Assembly: GCF_009914755.1 (NCBI RefSeq)
Contig: NC_060932.1
Direction: 5' to 3' (one strand)
DNA length: 64,000 nucleotides
Origin: the human T2T-CHM13v2.0 reference genome, Homo sapiens
This document shows, piece by piece, positions 11,249-25,054 of the stretch. Position 1 is the first letter of the stretch. Every line of letters starts with the position of its first letter. Position numbers and translations under genes: made by a program. Below the pieces are notes generated by a model. The model saw only the letters and a program-made list of their open reading frames with translations. It made no database searches and had not been told where the DNA came from.

Positions 11249-12929
11249 ACCCAAGACTGGGTAATTTATAAAGGAAAGAGGTTTAATTGATTCACAGTTC
11301 TGCGTGGCTGGGGAGGCCTCACAATCACGGTGGAAAGCAAATGACGAGTAAAGTCATGTCTTACACAGTGGCAGGCAAGAGAGCCTGTGCAGGGGAACTC
11401 CCATTTATAAAACCATCAGATCTCATGAGACTTATTTACTACCACAAGAACAGTATGGGGAAACCACTACCATGATTCAATTATCTCCACCTGGCTCCAC
11501 CCTTGACATGTGGGGATTATTACAATTCAAGGTGAGATTTGGGTGGAGACACAGTCAAACCATGTCAAATGTACACTACTTGCATGGCAGGTGCACTAAA
11601 ATCTCAGAATTCACCACTATAGAATTCATCCATGTAACTGAAAACCACTTGTACCGCCAAAGCTATTAAAATAACAAAAATAAATATTTTTTTAAATGAG
11701 AAAAAGACTTGAACAGGTATTTCTCCAAAGAAGATACACAAATGGAAAATAAGCATAGGAAAGGATATTTAACATCATTGTCATTAGGGAAATTCATATC
11801 AAAACCACAATGTGATACCATTGCATTAGGATGGCTGTTTAAAAAAAAATCAATCAACATGAAAAAACAGAAAATAATAAGTATTGATGAGAATGTGAAG
11901 AAAAGGGAACCCTCAAACACTGTTAGTGGGAATTTGAAATGTGACACTTACTTTGGAAAACAGTTTAGCGATTCCTCATAAAGTTAAACATGGAATTACA
12001 ATATGACTCGGAAATTTTACCTCTAGGTATATACCCAAGATAAATAAAAATATATGTCCCCACAAAAACTTGCACAGAACTATTCTAGCAACATTATTCA
12101 TTATAGTTGACAAACAAAACAACACAAATGTTTATCAACTGATTAAGGAATAAACAAAATATGATTATTGATAAAATGGAATATTATTCAACGACAAAAA
12201 TGAAGTAATGATACAAGCCAAAATGTGTATCAACCTTGAAAGTTTCTTAAGTGAAAGAAATCAGATACAAAAGGCCACACATTTTGTAATCTCATATTTA
12301 TAAAATGCCCCAAATAGACAAATCCACAAAAACAGAAATAATATGCGTGTTTTCCAGAGGCTGGAGGAAGAGGGAACAGGAGCGATGGCTTAGTGAGTAC
12401 AGAAATTCTTTTTGGAATGACAAAACTATTCTAGAATTAGATAATAGTGATAGTTGCATAACATTGTGAATGTCTTAAAAGCCACTGAATTGTACACTTT
12501 AAAAGAGTTAAAATTGTATATTTTATGTATATAAATTTTACTCCAAAAAAATGTTTAAAAAGGGAGAAACTACTAGAAAAATATCTACCAAATTAACTGT
12601 TTTATGTAAATGAACTGCAGGTGTAAAAAAGGTGAAAGTATAGTTTTCTTGTGCTTAGAATATATTTTGTGTTACAGTTAGATTATATCATAAATGTACC
12701 CTATATAAATCAAGTTTCAACATACACATGGAACATAAATGATAAGGGGCAATGTTTTGTGAATTTGTTTTTGCTTATCGATGAGAATCCATACTTCAAG
12801 GGAAAAGAAAGAAGTTTATGATGGGTCAATGCCTATTTCATGGACTGTAATATGAAGAATACTGAATTTCAATCCTAGTTCTTGTCAACAGTGTGGCAGA
12901 ACACAAATAAATGAAAGACTCTGGCCTTT

Positions 12930-13070
12930 TGCTAGTCCGAGTGTGGTCCATGGGAAAGCAGGAGCATCAAGCACCCCCTGGGAGACTCTTGGGCCTACTG
13001 AATCTAAATCCTCATTTTAACAAGATCTCCAGGCAATTCACCTGCACATAAAACTTTGAGGAACACTACT
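12930..13070. mobile_element. MER5-like hAT-Charlie fragment
   Basis: Motifs gtgtggtcc...cctactgaatc...ttttaacaagatctccagg...aactttgaggaacact. Confidence 0.65.
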
Positions 13071-13181
13071 GCTCTGTGTCAATGTTCCCCATTGTTAAAG
13101 TGAAAAAGCTAGGCTTTAAACCCAACTTTTTAATTTTAATGTTAGTATTTTTCTATTACATCTAATATGCTCTCTTTACAG

Positions 13182-13256
13182 GCTAACATGAGACAGCCTA
13201 CCCAGATGCCTTTTCCTCATTCACCAGCTTGCTCAAACACAGTTTTGCAGAAGAAG
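13182..13256 (+). other. Candidate 75-nt exon
   Basis: tgctctctttacAG|...gaagaag|GTaatg; one open frame (ANMRQPTQMPFPHSPACSNTVLQKK), not recognised. Confidence 0.25.
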
Positions 13257-13940
13257 GTAATGCCTAAGTAATAGGAAATTCCTATTCATAATAAATTACC
13301 ATTTAGTTCTAAATAGTGTCTACCTATGTGCTAGATGTATGTTTTCAACCAGATGAAATTAGAATTCAAAAGAAAGCTTTCATCTTACACTAAAGCTTGT
13401 TTACTTTCCTGGATGTGTGCATTTAGATGTGTCATCAATTTGTTACTAATTCCTCTATATCTGCTCCAGCTATCTTTATCTCTTCTATAATCTCTCTCTA
13501 GTTAAGAAATATTCATTAAAATAACACATAAAATTTCTTCTCTGTTTCTTATGAATTTTGTCATCGTAGACGACAACTGAATCACATCCAAACTCGTTTC
13601 TGTCTTAGACATTATCTCAGAAAGTACTATTCACCTTTTTTTCATTTTTCTGAGTTTTTATATATCTTTTCCTTTTTGTTGCACAAAATACTATAGTTTC
13701 AGTGTACTTTTTGATATTTTTAAAAGCTTAAACTTAAGATTTATAAAATACATCTTTGTGTATTTTCTTCAGGAAATAGCAATCTTTTACTTTTGCAAAG
13801 CACTTTAGAGCCAACAAAGAGTTATCATACAATGTACTATTTAAGATTCAAAACAAACTTGTGAAATAGGTAGAAAAGGCATTTGACTTCAATAACAACT
13901 CAGAAGCCAAGATGCAGTATCAGAGAAAGGGACAAATCCA

Positions 13941-14310
<370 letters not shown>

Positions 14311-14862
14311 TCACAAGCTTTGTAAACTCTACCCAATAGTACCAATTAAGGAGAGAGCCATAGGGCTATTAATAATTTTATTTAAAAAAAATTTAAACTC
14401 AGTGAAAAGTATTCAAACATAAAGTGTTGGAAACTACACAGAGAACTCAAGATAAAACCGTTGCTTGAAAAATGAAAAATCAAAATGTCAAAGAGAACAT
14501 ACATAGCAAATAATAAAAGCAATGCTAACACAAAACATATATCTTCCGGGGTAACTGAGGATTTGTCCCAAGATGAAGGAACCACAAATCAATAAAAATT
14601 CCATGACACTCAACAAAGCAGTACATTTTCACAAAGGGATGACTTTATAAAAACCTTGCAAAATGATGCGAAAGGATCTAAAAGTCAGAAGCTAGATAAA
14701 AGCACCAGAAAAAAAGGAAAGAAGCTCAAACACTCTGAACTAATAGCTCAATTTATGCCCTTCAAAACAACCCCTAACAACTGGGAAGTGTCAGTACTGT
14801 AGACTTAAAGCATTCAATAGATACTCCTAGACTAAGTCATATTCTAATTATGACCAGCAATT

Positions 14863-14946
14863 GGAAGGAGGAAGAGAAAAAAGAAAGAAGGGAGAAAGGA
14901 AAGAAGGAGAAAAGGAAAACCAAAGGAGAAAGGGAGGAAGAGGAGG
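14863..14946. repeat. GA-rich low-complexity tract
   Basis: Almost pure purine run. Confidence 0.85.
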
Positions 14947-16710
14947 TAATCTACGACAAAAATGGGAACAAAGTTTAACAATTAGGAAAGCAAATGGTAC
15001 CAAACCAATTTTCCTTGAAAATAAATGAGGTAAAAGTAGATCACAAAAGTAAGGATGTGTGTGAGGAAAAGACTGGGAACATCAAGGGTCTTCATAATGA
15101 CACTGAAACAAGAAATGGCTCTTAGCAAGAGAGTATCTAAACACCATTTCAGTCCCATAGCGTCCTGTTGTGACCACTTAAAGAGTGCATCATAAGAAAT
15201 GCTTTCAGCAGTGGAGATGGTTCTTAGCTTTGTGGGAGTCAATCACAGGTACTCCTTGGGAACCCCTCCATTATCAAAATAATTCCAGGCTGAGGGTCTT
15301 TACAGTGGCCATTATGATATACCACTGGCATGCTGAGATAGTTAGGATGTGTTCACAACATGAACAGTTGCCTAAGAGCTAGTACACTTAAGTTCAATTC
15401 AAGCAAACCTTGGTAAGATATTTTTTAAAGTTTCAACATTCAACTAAGACTCTAAAACAACTTCTACAAGAAGTCTATCATGTGTAGAAGAATCAATTTT
15501 GATTTTGACATATCAAAAATACTCTCATTTTAAGTAAAGCTAAGTAAGTAATATGTTGTGACCAGAACTTCACAAGCCAAAAAAACAAAAACAAACAAGA
15601 ACCCCTACAAACGTGAACTGAAGGAATCAATCAAATACATAATGTAGCTTTTCTATTTTTCCTTCAATTTTCCAGCTTTCTTTGGTCATGAAAGCGACTC
15701 AGGGCAATAACCATGCTAACTTACTTTGATAAAAATATCCACAATCTAGTTCTTCAAGAAAATTTACACAGTTTATATAATGAGAAATTATTCTATTTAG
15801 AAACAGAGCTTCCATAACATTATAACAATAAATAAAATTGTAACTTTTTAGAATCTGGTTTAAAATAAACTCAAATTCATTATTATGAAGATATTAAAAA
15901 GTTAGATTTTACCAGGTGAAGTTTCAATGATAATTTTGTCCTCAGATTCTCAAGAGTTATCTGAGCACCATTTCTTTCTCTGAGAAACATTCATATTTAT
16001 ACCTAAAACTAGCTTCCTCATCACATAAATCTTATGAATTTTTTATGTGGACCCAAATAAAGTACCTCAATAGCCAGTACTTCTATTAATGATTACAGCT
16101 ATTGATAGCTTAGTTTTGTTTTGTCATTGTTCTTGTTTTTCATAAATAAGTGTGGAGGATCCAGTTTTGGATCCAATTTTGTGCTTGACTCCAAACATGG
16201 AGTTATGTTGTAGTTCTCAACCCTGCTACACACTAAAGTCACCTGGAAATTCTGATTATAACTGGTTTTCAGTAAAATCTGAGCATGAATAATTATTGAA
16301 TTTCTTCCAATGATTTTAAATTGCATCTAGGATTGAGAAGGCTAGATCTCAGTTCCCTTTTACCCCATAAAAATAATAATCAAATAGAATATTTCAGAAT
16401 TCAAAAATTAGAAGTCAGGTCACTTTTTCTAATTTGTTATTGACTCAAGTCACTAAAAAGCAGACACTTAAAAAGAAGCATACCATTGTAAAAAGAGAAT
16501 TATTTATATATATTATTCTAAACTTCACAGTATGTAAAACAACTCTTGGTAAATTCAGAATCAATTGGTGTGATCTTATGTGTACATACTCTGATCCCAG
16601 CTAGTTCTTAGCAAAATTTTCGAACAGATAGTGAATCTTCGGTGCCCTACTCTTCCCTTTCTTCACATTCCATTCCGATTACCTCTCAAGTCTCATTACT
16701 ATAGGCTTAC

Positions 16711-16814
16711 CACACAAGCCTTCTCCAGAGAACTAAGGTCGTAGGAAAATATTCCAGGAGAAAGCACAAATGACTTTTTCTTTGGAGCAAAACTGTTATT
16801 GTCTTAATGCACCC
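16711..16814 (-). other. Candidate 104-nt exon
   Basis: Minus strand ttattatcctcatgttgtcAG|gggtgc...ttgtgtg|GTaagc; 82-nt intron to the next candidate exon. Confidence 0.3.
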
Positions 16815-16896
16815 CTGACAACATGAGGATAATAATGTAAACAAATAAAAGTATAATTAACAAAAAAAAAATACTAGATAAAATAATTCATCTTAC

Positions 16897-16963
16897 TTTT
16901 CAATGTTGATGCATATTTTTCTTGTGATGCCACATTCATTAAACTCCTTGAGGATGGTCTTGG
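16897..16963 (-). other. Candidate 67-nt exon
   Basis: Minus strand tttttttttcttttgtAG|ccaagacc...ttgaaaa|GTaaga; strong pyrimidine tract, unique sequence; two frames open, neither recognised. Confidence 0.4.
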
Positions 16964-16999
16964 CTACAAAAGAAAAAAAAATCTCATTAGTTTTTAAAT

Positions 17000-17180
17000 A
17001 AGGCAATGAAACATAGTGTTTAAAATTTGGCCATGCCATTTTGTGACCCTGGGAAAGATAACTTTTCTAAGTCTCAACTGTATAATGGTAAAATAATGAA
17101 ATATGAACATTAAACAGAATAAGGTATGAAGTAGAGGTGGCATATAGAAACCATTAATAAATATTAACTGTGATGATAAG
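17000..17180 (+). mobile_element. MIR fragment
   Basis: tgtgaccctgggaaagataacttttctaagtctca...taataaatattaactgtgatgat. Confidence 0.6.
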
Positions 17181-17407
17181 AATTGCTATTTAAAGATTCA
17201 CTAAAATGTTCTTCCACCTCATAATAATGTTTAAAGTAATTTTATGTGCTTCTTTTGTTTTTCCAAAGTACTTTTACATATAATTTCACACTATACTTGG
17301 AAAAGAAAGTCACTGGAGACTGACTAGCAATTTTCTTGAATCATTATAAGTTTATTCTATATAACATTTAGAGGCCAAAATAGGACATGTGGGGGAAGTT
17401 CTGGGAT

Positions 17408-17560
17408 AATGTTTATCAAAGAACTTCATCATCAGAATCACTCAGAAAACTCCTTAAAACACAAATTCCTGTGCTGTTCCACAGATGAACACAGCACAAA
17501 TCTCACTGGGACCTTAAGCTGCTGGAGCAGTGCTCATGCACAGTAAGGCTTGAGAATCGA
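17408..17560. mobile_element. MER5-like fragment
   Basis: catcagaatcact...ttaaaacacaaattcctg...catgcacagtaaggcttgagaatc. Confidence 0.55.
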
Positions 17561-17811
17561 CACTTCCTAAACTGTATTTATGAAGACACTTCACATCATA
17601 TACAAAATTGTTGGCATACAAGACCGTCTGAGGGCAAAATGAGTTATACGGCAAGGTGTGAAGCTCTCTGTCTCTGGAGGAGTCCATGTGTGAGCAGAAT
17701 GGCCACGGTACAGAAGCTGGGGAACATATTTAAGTATAGGAAGGGTGCCTGATCTAGCTGCATCAGAATTAAAAGGCCCATTCCCACCCGGAGATTCAAC
17801 TCCAGGCAAAA

Positions 17812-17960
17812 TTTTGTAAAGCACCAACTATGTGCAGGAACTTCCGTAACTGTTTCATATTATTCATTTAACCATTCTGCAAGAGAGGTATTATCTGAGA
17901 CAAATTAGATTCACAAAAGTTAAAATTTGTCCAAGATGAGACACAAACCTTAGCTTCTCT
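17812..17960 (-). mobile_element. MIR fragment
   Basis: agcaccaactatgtgcagg...tattcatttaacc...aggtattat...gttaaaatttgtccaagatga. Confidence 0.55.
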
Positions 17961-18866
17961 TTCCAAATTTAGCCTATTTCTTACCATTTCATACCACCTC
18001 TTATGGGCATAAAACCATGTTCTTCACGTGAACTTTCCTGTTTTTCGTTAACAGTTTTATCCTCTGGGTCTCAAATACTCCTGTTATTATACAGCAGTTG
18101 TTGGGAATTACATGAGTGCTGTCTCTTCCTCAGACTCATTTTTGATTTACCATAATATCCTATGGATTTACTTCCAAAATTGTCTTATTTCTAATTTTAT
18201 GTCTAGATCAACTTCTATTAACTATTTCATGAGCCTGTTCTGTTGCCAATCCACTTTATTTGTGGCCACCAAATTAACCTTCATAATAAAAAAATCTATA
18301 GCACATTACTTTATTGATAAAATATATTAAATATGTTCCCATTTCTTACAAAAGAAAATAGTCTGACTTTTTAGCTAAATGAACATTCAAGAATTTCATG
18401 GGAGGGCTCCCATTTGTCTTCCAGGCCTTATTTCACACCACTAGTCCCTTTTCTCTACCATGATTTTTGGCCAAATGCAACAGTAGTTCTCCCTTGAAGA
18501 CAGCTCTCTTTTCCTGGTTATCTTTTTTATTGCTCAAGTCCATGCCCACTTGTCTAATTACACCTCCCAGGCAAGCAGTAGTGTCCCAGATGTTTAGAAG
18601 CAGAGGCAGAGCAGAGTAGAAGGACAAGAAGCAACATCATGAGACGTAAGGCCACCAAAAGCTTAGTAGGAATATTGTCAATCTGAATAGGTTAAGCAGA
18701 AATAGAAAATCCTTGTAGAAACAGATGGGATAACAGTCTAGGCTAGAAAATAATAAATATCTTCAGTGTAGGGTAGAAGGCAAAAGTTGGAGAAATTTGC
18801 TGTCAAACCATGGGCTACTTGGGTCTCAAGCTAAATGAGGAGAAAGACAACATTGCTAGTGTCTTG

Positions 18867-19214
18867 TTCTATGGGTTGTGATATGGTTTGTATCCCTCAA
18901 AAACTCATACGTTGAAATCCTGAGCCCCAAGGCAATGGAATCAGAGGGTGGGGCTAGTGGGAGGTTGATAGGTCATGAGGACAGCCCTCATGAATGGTAT
19001 TAGTGCCATTATAAAGGAAGCACAGCAGAGGTCCTTTGCCCTCTCTGTTATGGAGGACACAGCAAGAAGACAGCTCTCTATGAACCAGGAAGCAGCCCTG
19101 ATCAGATACCTTTATCTTAGACTTCTCAGTCCCCATAACTGTAAGAAATAAATTTCTGCTCTTTATAAGCCACTCAGTCTATGGCGTTTTGGTACAGCAA
19201 CCCAAACTAAGACA
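18867..19214 (+). mobile_element. MLT1A-like MaLR solo LTR
   Basis: aaaactcatacgttgaaatcctgagcccc...ggtcatgagg..ccctcatgaatgg..gtaagaaataaatttctg...actaagaca. Confidence 0.85.
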
Positions 19215-20063
19215 TTTTGTTTAGTCTAAACTTTTTCTCCTTTAATCATTCAAATTTCGTGCCCTTGATATCGTACCTATAGAAAGCCCTGCCAAGTAGC
19301 CCCCATGTACACAATCATTCCTCTCTCTGGATTTTCATAGCATGCTATTCTTACTTTTGTGTTATTTTTAATTCCACCTATTTTATTGAAAGCTCCTTGA
19401 AGGCAGGAACCACGTGATTTTTATCTTTGACTCTGCCACAGCAGAGTCTGGCTAATAATTACCTAACAATCTCTCCTTGTTTGTGTTTTATTCCTCTCCT
19501 TTTTCCTCCCCAGCATCCTCATTCACAAATGAAGAAAATTGGGTCAGTGGACGCTAAATGATTTGTTTCGGGAAATCATCACTATGAAGTCTGACTTGCC
19601 TAATCATTCTGTACCAAAGAACAATGTTTAACTCAGTCTCTTATAAAGCTGTAATGTTTTACAATACATGGGGTAACTTTGAAGAAATGTTTCCAAGGGA
19701 TGAGGATAATCAATCAGCTTACTGAAGTACCTGAAGAATTTTTTTAAAAATATGAAAGAAATATTTCTTATGAAACTCAATGGCTATAATCACATGGTTT
19801 TTAAAAAAAATTTTAAATATGCATAACATATATTCAGTCCTACATATTATTAGCAATTCAGCATCCAAAGTCAAAAGCTGAAATTTCATAACCTGCTTTG
19901 CTTTTTGCTTGATAATGCTTGCCTTGTGGTTTTTGAAACCCCATGACAGATTTAGTCGTCTCTCTCTCCCCAGGAGCAAAAGCAGACCTAATTTCTTTCT
20001 CTCGATTACACTCTTGGTTTAGTCATCCATCAGCTACAGGCTTGCTTGCTCTTTCTCACTCAC

Positions 20064-20133
20064 CTGCAGGATATTATTTCATGGAACCATCACACCATCC
20101 AGTAAAGCTATTTGTACAGGTAGGTTCTATTAC
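20064..20133 (-). other. Candidate 70-nt non-coding exon
   Basis: Minus strand CTGACgattcactctttAG|gtaatagaacc...cctgCAG|GTGAGT (consensus donor); stops in all three frames. Confidence 0.35.
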
Positions 20134-20852
20134 CTAAAGAGTGAATCGTCAGTTGATTTCTTCAATTTTGAATCAGCAATGCCTCAGTGCTGGCTAGTGT
20201 TATTAGCAGTAAATGAAGTAACAATGTGACCCAAGGAGGCAGAAAAGATGGCTTTAGCTATGCTATGCTTAGTAAAAGCATTGCTACTAGTGAACACTCC
20301 AAAAAAAGTTAAAGACAAATTATGTTAATATTTCAGAAGTGGATTTAACTTGCTCTCTAGGTCAGCCTTCCTAAAGTATGCATTGTTAAATATGTTTTCT
20401 AAAAAATAAAGATTCCACTGCAAAATAATTTTAGTAAGCTAGAAACTGTGTCATATGGCAGAAAACTTACAATGCACAATTTTTATATATTGGAAGTTCC
20501 CAGTTATTAACATTGTTTATAGAACTCCCTTTTCTGATAACACTTCTGATGTATACTCCCAGGAACACACTTTGGGAGACAGTAACCTAGCTTTTTCATA
20601 TTATTACATTATGGATCATAAAAAGATGCTGGAACTGATAGAATGAACACTACAATTGCATTACCCATGAGAATTTCTAAGTCACTTAGTGCTCTCTACA
20701 AGTTCTATATTGAGAGGCATGATGCAATGCATTTAAAAATGTTAGAAGTCTTTATTCGTGACATTGTGTTTTCAAAATAAAATGTTAAACTACCTGATAT
20801 AGCATAGAAGAGTTTTTCTCTTTTTACTATCAAAATATGTCATAATAAATAG

Positions 20853-21268
<416 letters not shown>

Positions 21269-24200
21269 TGAAATTTAAAGTATACATTCTGGCTGTAAGT
21301 CATAAAACATTTTGCACAAAGTTGCATGATTAATTACACCAAAGAATTATTAAATATTTGCAGAATAAATACATTTCTTAATTAAAAATTACTGACATTT
21401 AAATACTACTGTATCTTGCCTTTTAATGCCTACTTTACTTATCTTTTACATATGGCTTTTCTTTTATGTTATAAAATAAATTTTATTTTGTAAATGTTTT
21501 CTAAGGTCCATTAAAAACAAAACAAACCCAACCTAACTGAGTTAAGTTTCTGGAACTGGAGGCACTGTGACTCATAAAATGTGTTTATACACATGTACAT
21601 ATATATATGTAGTCAGAATACAATGGTTATAGTTCATTGTTATAAAAGTGAATAGACTTCTGGTTCCAAAATGGCCATGTAGAAATAAGCTGACTTCACT
21701 CCTCCCACCCCCTGGAAAATAAAAAACTAATATAGAGTGCCAAGATTGTCACCAGCAATATCCCAGAACTCAAATATGAGGAAGAGACAGTTCAGATCAC
21801 AGAGAAGTGAAAAAACTTCAAGTATACAATAAGAGAACCAGACTTCCATATTCATGACATCTGTCTCCCAATCTGCTTGGCACCAAGTGTGCAAAAATTT
21901 TTCCCTGACTCATGGTTTCCACTGTAGACAAAGTGAGATTGAGGTGGACAACCAGCTTCCTCAACACCTCGGCTACCCTGGCAAAAACTCATCCTTGTCC
22001 GAACCCATAGGAAGCATCACAAGTACCCAAAGGGAGATATATCTTTGAGGATGGTCAGAGACAAAAAGGAGTGGTAAAACTACCATCCCGAGAGTTTAAA
22101 ATTCTGCCCTATAACTTAGCCAAAGGAGATGTCAAATTACAGTGGCCATTCAGCAGCACTGTACTGTAGGAGGTAAATTCCCGCAGGTTCCTGGTGCACA
22201 AACGCCTAGCCAGTCTTTTCAAGCCACTGGGATACCCCGCTTTTGGAACTTCCCCATTTGGAACAGACAGTGCTTTCATTGTTTACTAGAGGTGAGGAGA
22301 ACCTGGGATTAAATCAACACTTAGAGCTTAAAAGGAGGCAGCAAGCTAGGGGTAAAGACTCTTTAAGAAAATATATCCAGTAAAAAACAAAACAAGCCAA
22401 ATAGGAAAGACTGAAATAAATAATTCACCCTCCAGTGCAAAGATACAGACATACATCCAAAAAAACACAATAGTAAATAGAGAACTATGACCTCCCTAAA
22501 TAGACATAGCAAGAAACCAGTAACTGACCCTAATGAGTTGGTGATATGTGAGCTCTGTGACCAAAAATTCAAGAGCTATTTTAAAGAAATTCAGTGATCT
22601 CCAAAAGACACAAAGGCAACTTGAAAGTTTATCAGAGAAATTTAACTACAAGATTGATATAATTTTAAAAATTCAAACAGGAATCTTAGAACTGAGAAAC
22701 ACATTTGCTTAACTGAAAAATTTATTAGAGGTTCTCAATACCATAATAGATCAAGCAGAGGATGGAATTGGTGAGCTCAAAGACAGACTATTTGAAAAAT
22801 ACATGAAGAATAAAAATGAAAAAAAAATAAATAAAAATGTTGTATACCACTGACAAGATAATAAAAATTACCTCAAAAGAAAAAAATCTGAGAATTATTG
22901 GTGTCTAAGAGAGAACTGAACAAAAGCAAAGGCTAGAAATCTTATTTAAAGAAGTAATAATAGAAAACTTTCCAAAACTTGAGAAAAAATATAAATATCT
23001 AGGTACAGGAAGGTCAGATAACACCAAATAAATTCAAGCCAAATAAATCAACTCTCAAAGGTCAAGGACAAAGAGAGAATCCTATGAGCAATAACAGAAA
23101 AGAAATAAATAACATATAAAGGAGTTCCAATTTGCCTGGCAACTGACTTCTCAGTAGAAACCATACTGGACAGGATGAGAGGAATAACATTTTCAAAGTG
23201 CTTAAAAATAAAAACCGCCATCCAAGAATATTGTATCCAAAAAAGTTATCCTTCAACTACAAAGAAGATTAAGGTCTTTTCCAGGCAAACAAAAGCTGAG
23301 AGAATTTAGTACCACCAGACCCGTCTTATAACAAATGCTAAAGAGAGTTATTCAGTCTGAAAGAAAAACACACTAATGTGCACACACAAAAAATTAAAGG
23401 TATAACACCCACTGGTCAAATTAAGTACGTGGACAAAACCAGAATACTCTGATACTGGAATTGTGGTATGAAACCCATTCATAACTCTAGTATGAAGCCC
23501 AAAACAAAACTATCAAAAGTTGTATTATCTACAACAATCTGTTAATAAATAGGCAATATAAAAATATGTAAATTGAGAAAACTAAAAGGCAAAGTGTGGG
23601 GAAGATGGAGTTAAAACATAGAATTTTGTTTTGTTTTTGTTTTTATTCTTTTCATTGTGATCTAAGGTAAGTTGTCGTCTCTTTAAAATAACATGCTATT
23701 ATCTATAAGATATTTTTTGCAAGCCTCATGGTAACCACAATGCAAAAACTCTAATAGAAAGGAATAATTTTAAAAATGATACCAAGAAAAAGTAACTTAA
23801 CCACAAAGAAAGACAGTAAAGAAGTAAGAAATGAAGACAGAGGTTATAAAGCAACAAGAAATAAAGCAAAAAAGTAAATGGACTCAATTCTCCAATTAAA
23901 AGGCATAGAGTGGCTGAAAGAATAAAGATTTGACTATATGCTGCCTATAAGAAGTTCACTTCACCTATAAAGACACAGACTGAAAGTAAAGGAATGGAAA
24001 AAGCTATTTCATGCAAATAGAAACAAAAAAGAGCAGGAGTCACTATATGTATATTAAATAAAATAGACTACAAATCAAAGACTATAAAATGAGACAAAGA
24101 AGGTTACTATAAAGTGGTCAATTCAATAAGAGAATATAACAATTATAAATATCTATGAATCAAATAGAGGCATTCTCAAGTATACAAAACAGAAATTAAT

Positions 24201-25054
24201 AGATTTAAATAAAGAGATAGATTGCAATTCAATAATATTAGGGGACAATAACAGCCCATTCTCAGTAATGGACAGATCAGCCAGACAGAAAATCAACAAA
24301 GAAACATCAGAATTAAACTACCCACTAGACTCAGTAGGCCCAACTGACACTTACAGAACATTTTACCCAACTGCTGCAGAAAACACATTTTTTTCATCAG
24401 CACATAAAACATTTTCCAGAATAGACCATATCTCTGGCCACAAAAGAAGTCTGAACAAATTCATAAATATAAAAATCACATGATGTACTTTCTCTGACCA
24501 CAATGGAATAAAACTAGTAATCTATAACAAATAAAGCCTCAGAAACTACCCAAACACATGGCAATTAAACATTATGTTCCTAAAGAACCAGAGGGTCAAT
24601 GAAGAAAATTTTTAAAAATTTGAAATGTCTTTAAACAAATAAAAATGAAAATACAACATACCAAAATGTATGGGATACACAAAAGCAGTACTAAGAGGGA
24701 AATTTATAGCATCAAATGACTATATCAAAAAAGTAGAAGCTTTAAATAATCAACCTAATAATGCAGCTCAAGGAACTAGAAAAGCAAGAACAAACCTAAG
24801 GCAAAATTAGTAGAAGAAAAGAAATAATAAAAACCAAGCAGAAATAAATGAATTTGAGATTAAAAAATGCAATCAATAAAATGAGAAATCACTTTTTTGA
24901 AAAGATAAACAAAATCAACAAAACTTTAGCTAGACTAAGAAAAAAAGAAGGCCCAAATTAATAAAATCAAAAATGAAAAAAGAGACATAACAACTGAGAG
25001 CACAGAAATACAAGGAATCAAGCATAGATAAAACAGATAAATTAATGGACACAT

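Larger units (their letters stand above)
4629..11567 (-). mobile_element. THE1 (MaLR) solo LTR, in two pieces (4629-4669, 11249-11567)
   Basis: Matches reverse complement of THE1 LTR (tgtatt...gctaataaagatataccca|agactgggtaatttataaaggaaagaggtttaa...aaaccatgtca); exact 5-bp TSD AATGT at 4624-4628 and 11568-11572. Confidence 0.93.
3495..11694 (+). mobile_element. 5'-truncated L1PB, in two pieces (3495-4628, 11568-11694)
   Basis: ORF2 C-terminal ORF 3667-4095 ([17 protein letters not shown]...[19 protein letters not shown]); L1PB 3' end 'ggtgcactaaaatctcagaattcaccactatagaattcatccatgtaac'; TSD aaatgagcaaaag / aaatgagaaaaag. Confidence 0.9.
2810..12560 (+). mobile_element. Old L1 (L1MB-type) ORF2 end plus 3'UTR, in two pieces (2810-3494, ~11695-12560) split by the nested insertion
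   Basis: The L1 text 'aaaatgagcaaaag|acttgaacaggtatttctccaaagaagatacacaaatgg' resumes across the insertion; L1MB-type 3'UTR ending ttgtacactttaaaagagttaaaattgtatattttatg. Confidence 0.85.

Noticed and set aside
19723-19730. Possible 8-nt minus-strand microexon (ttcttcAG|gtacttca|GTaagc)
   Set aside because: Too short to support without reads; such motifs arise by chance.
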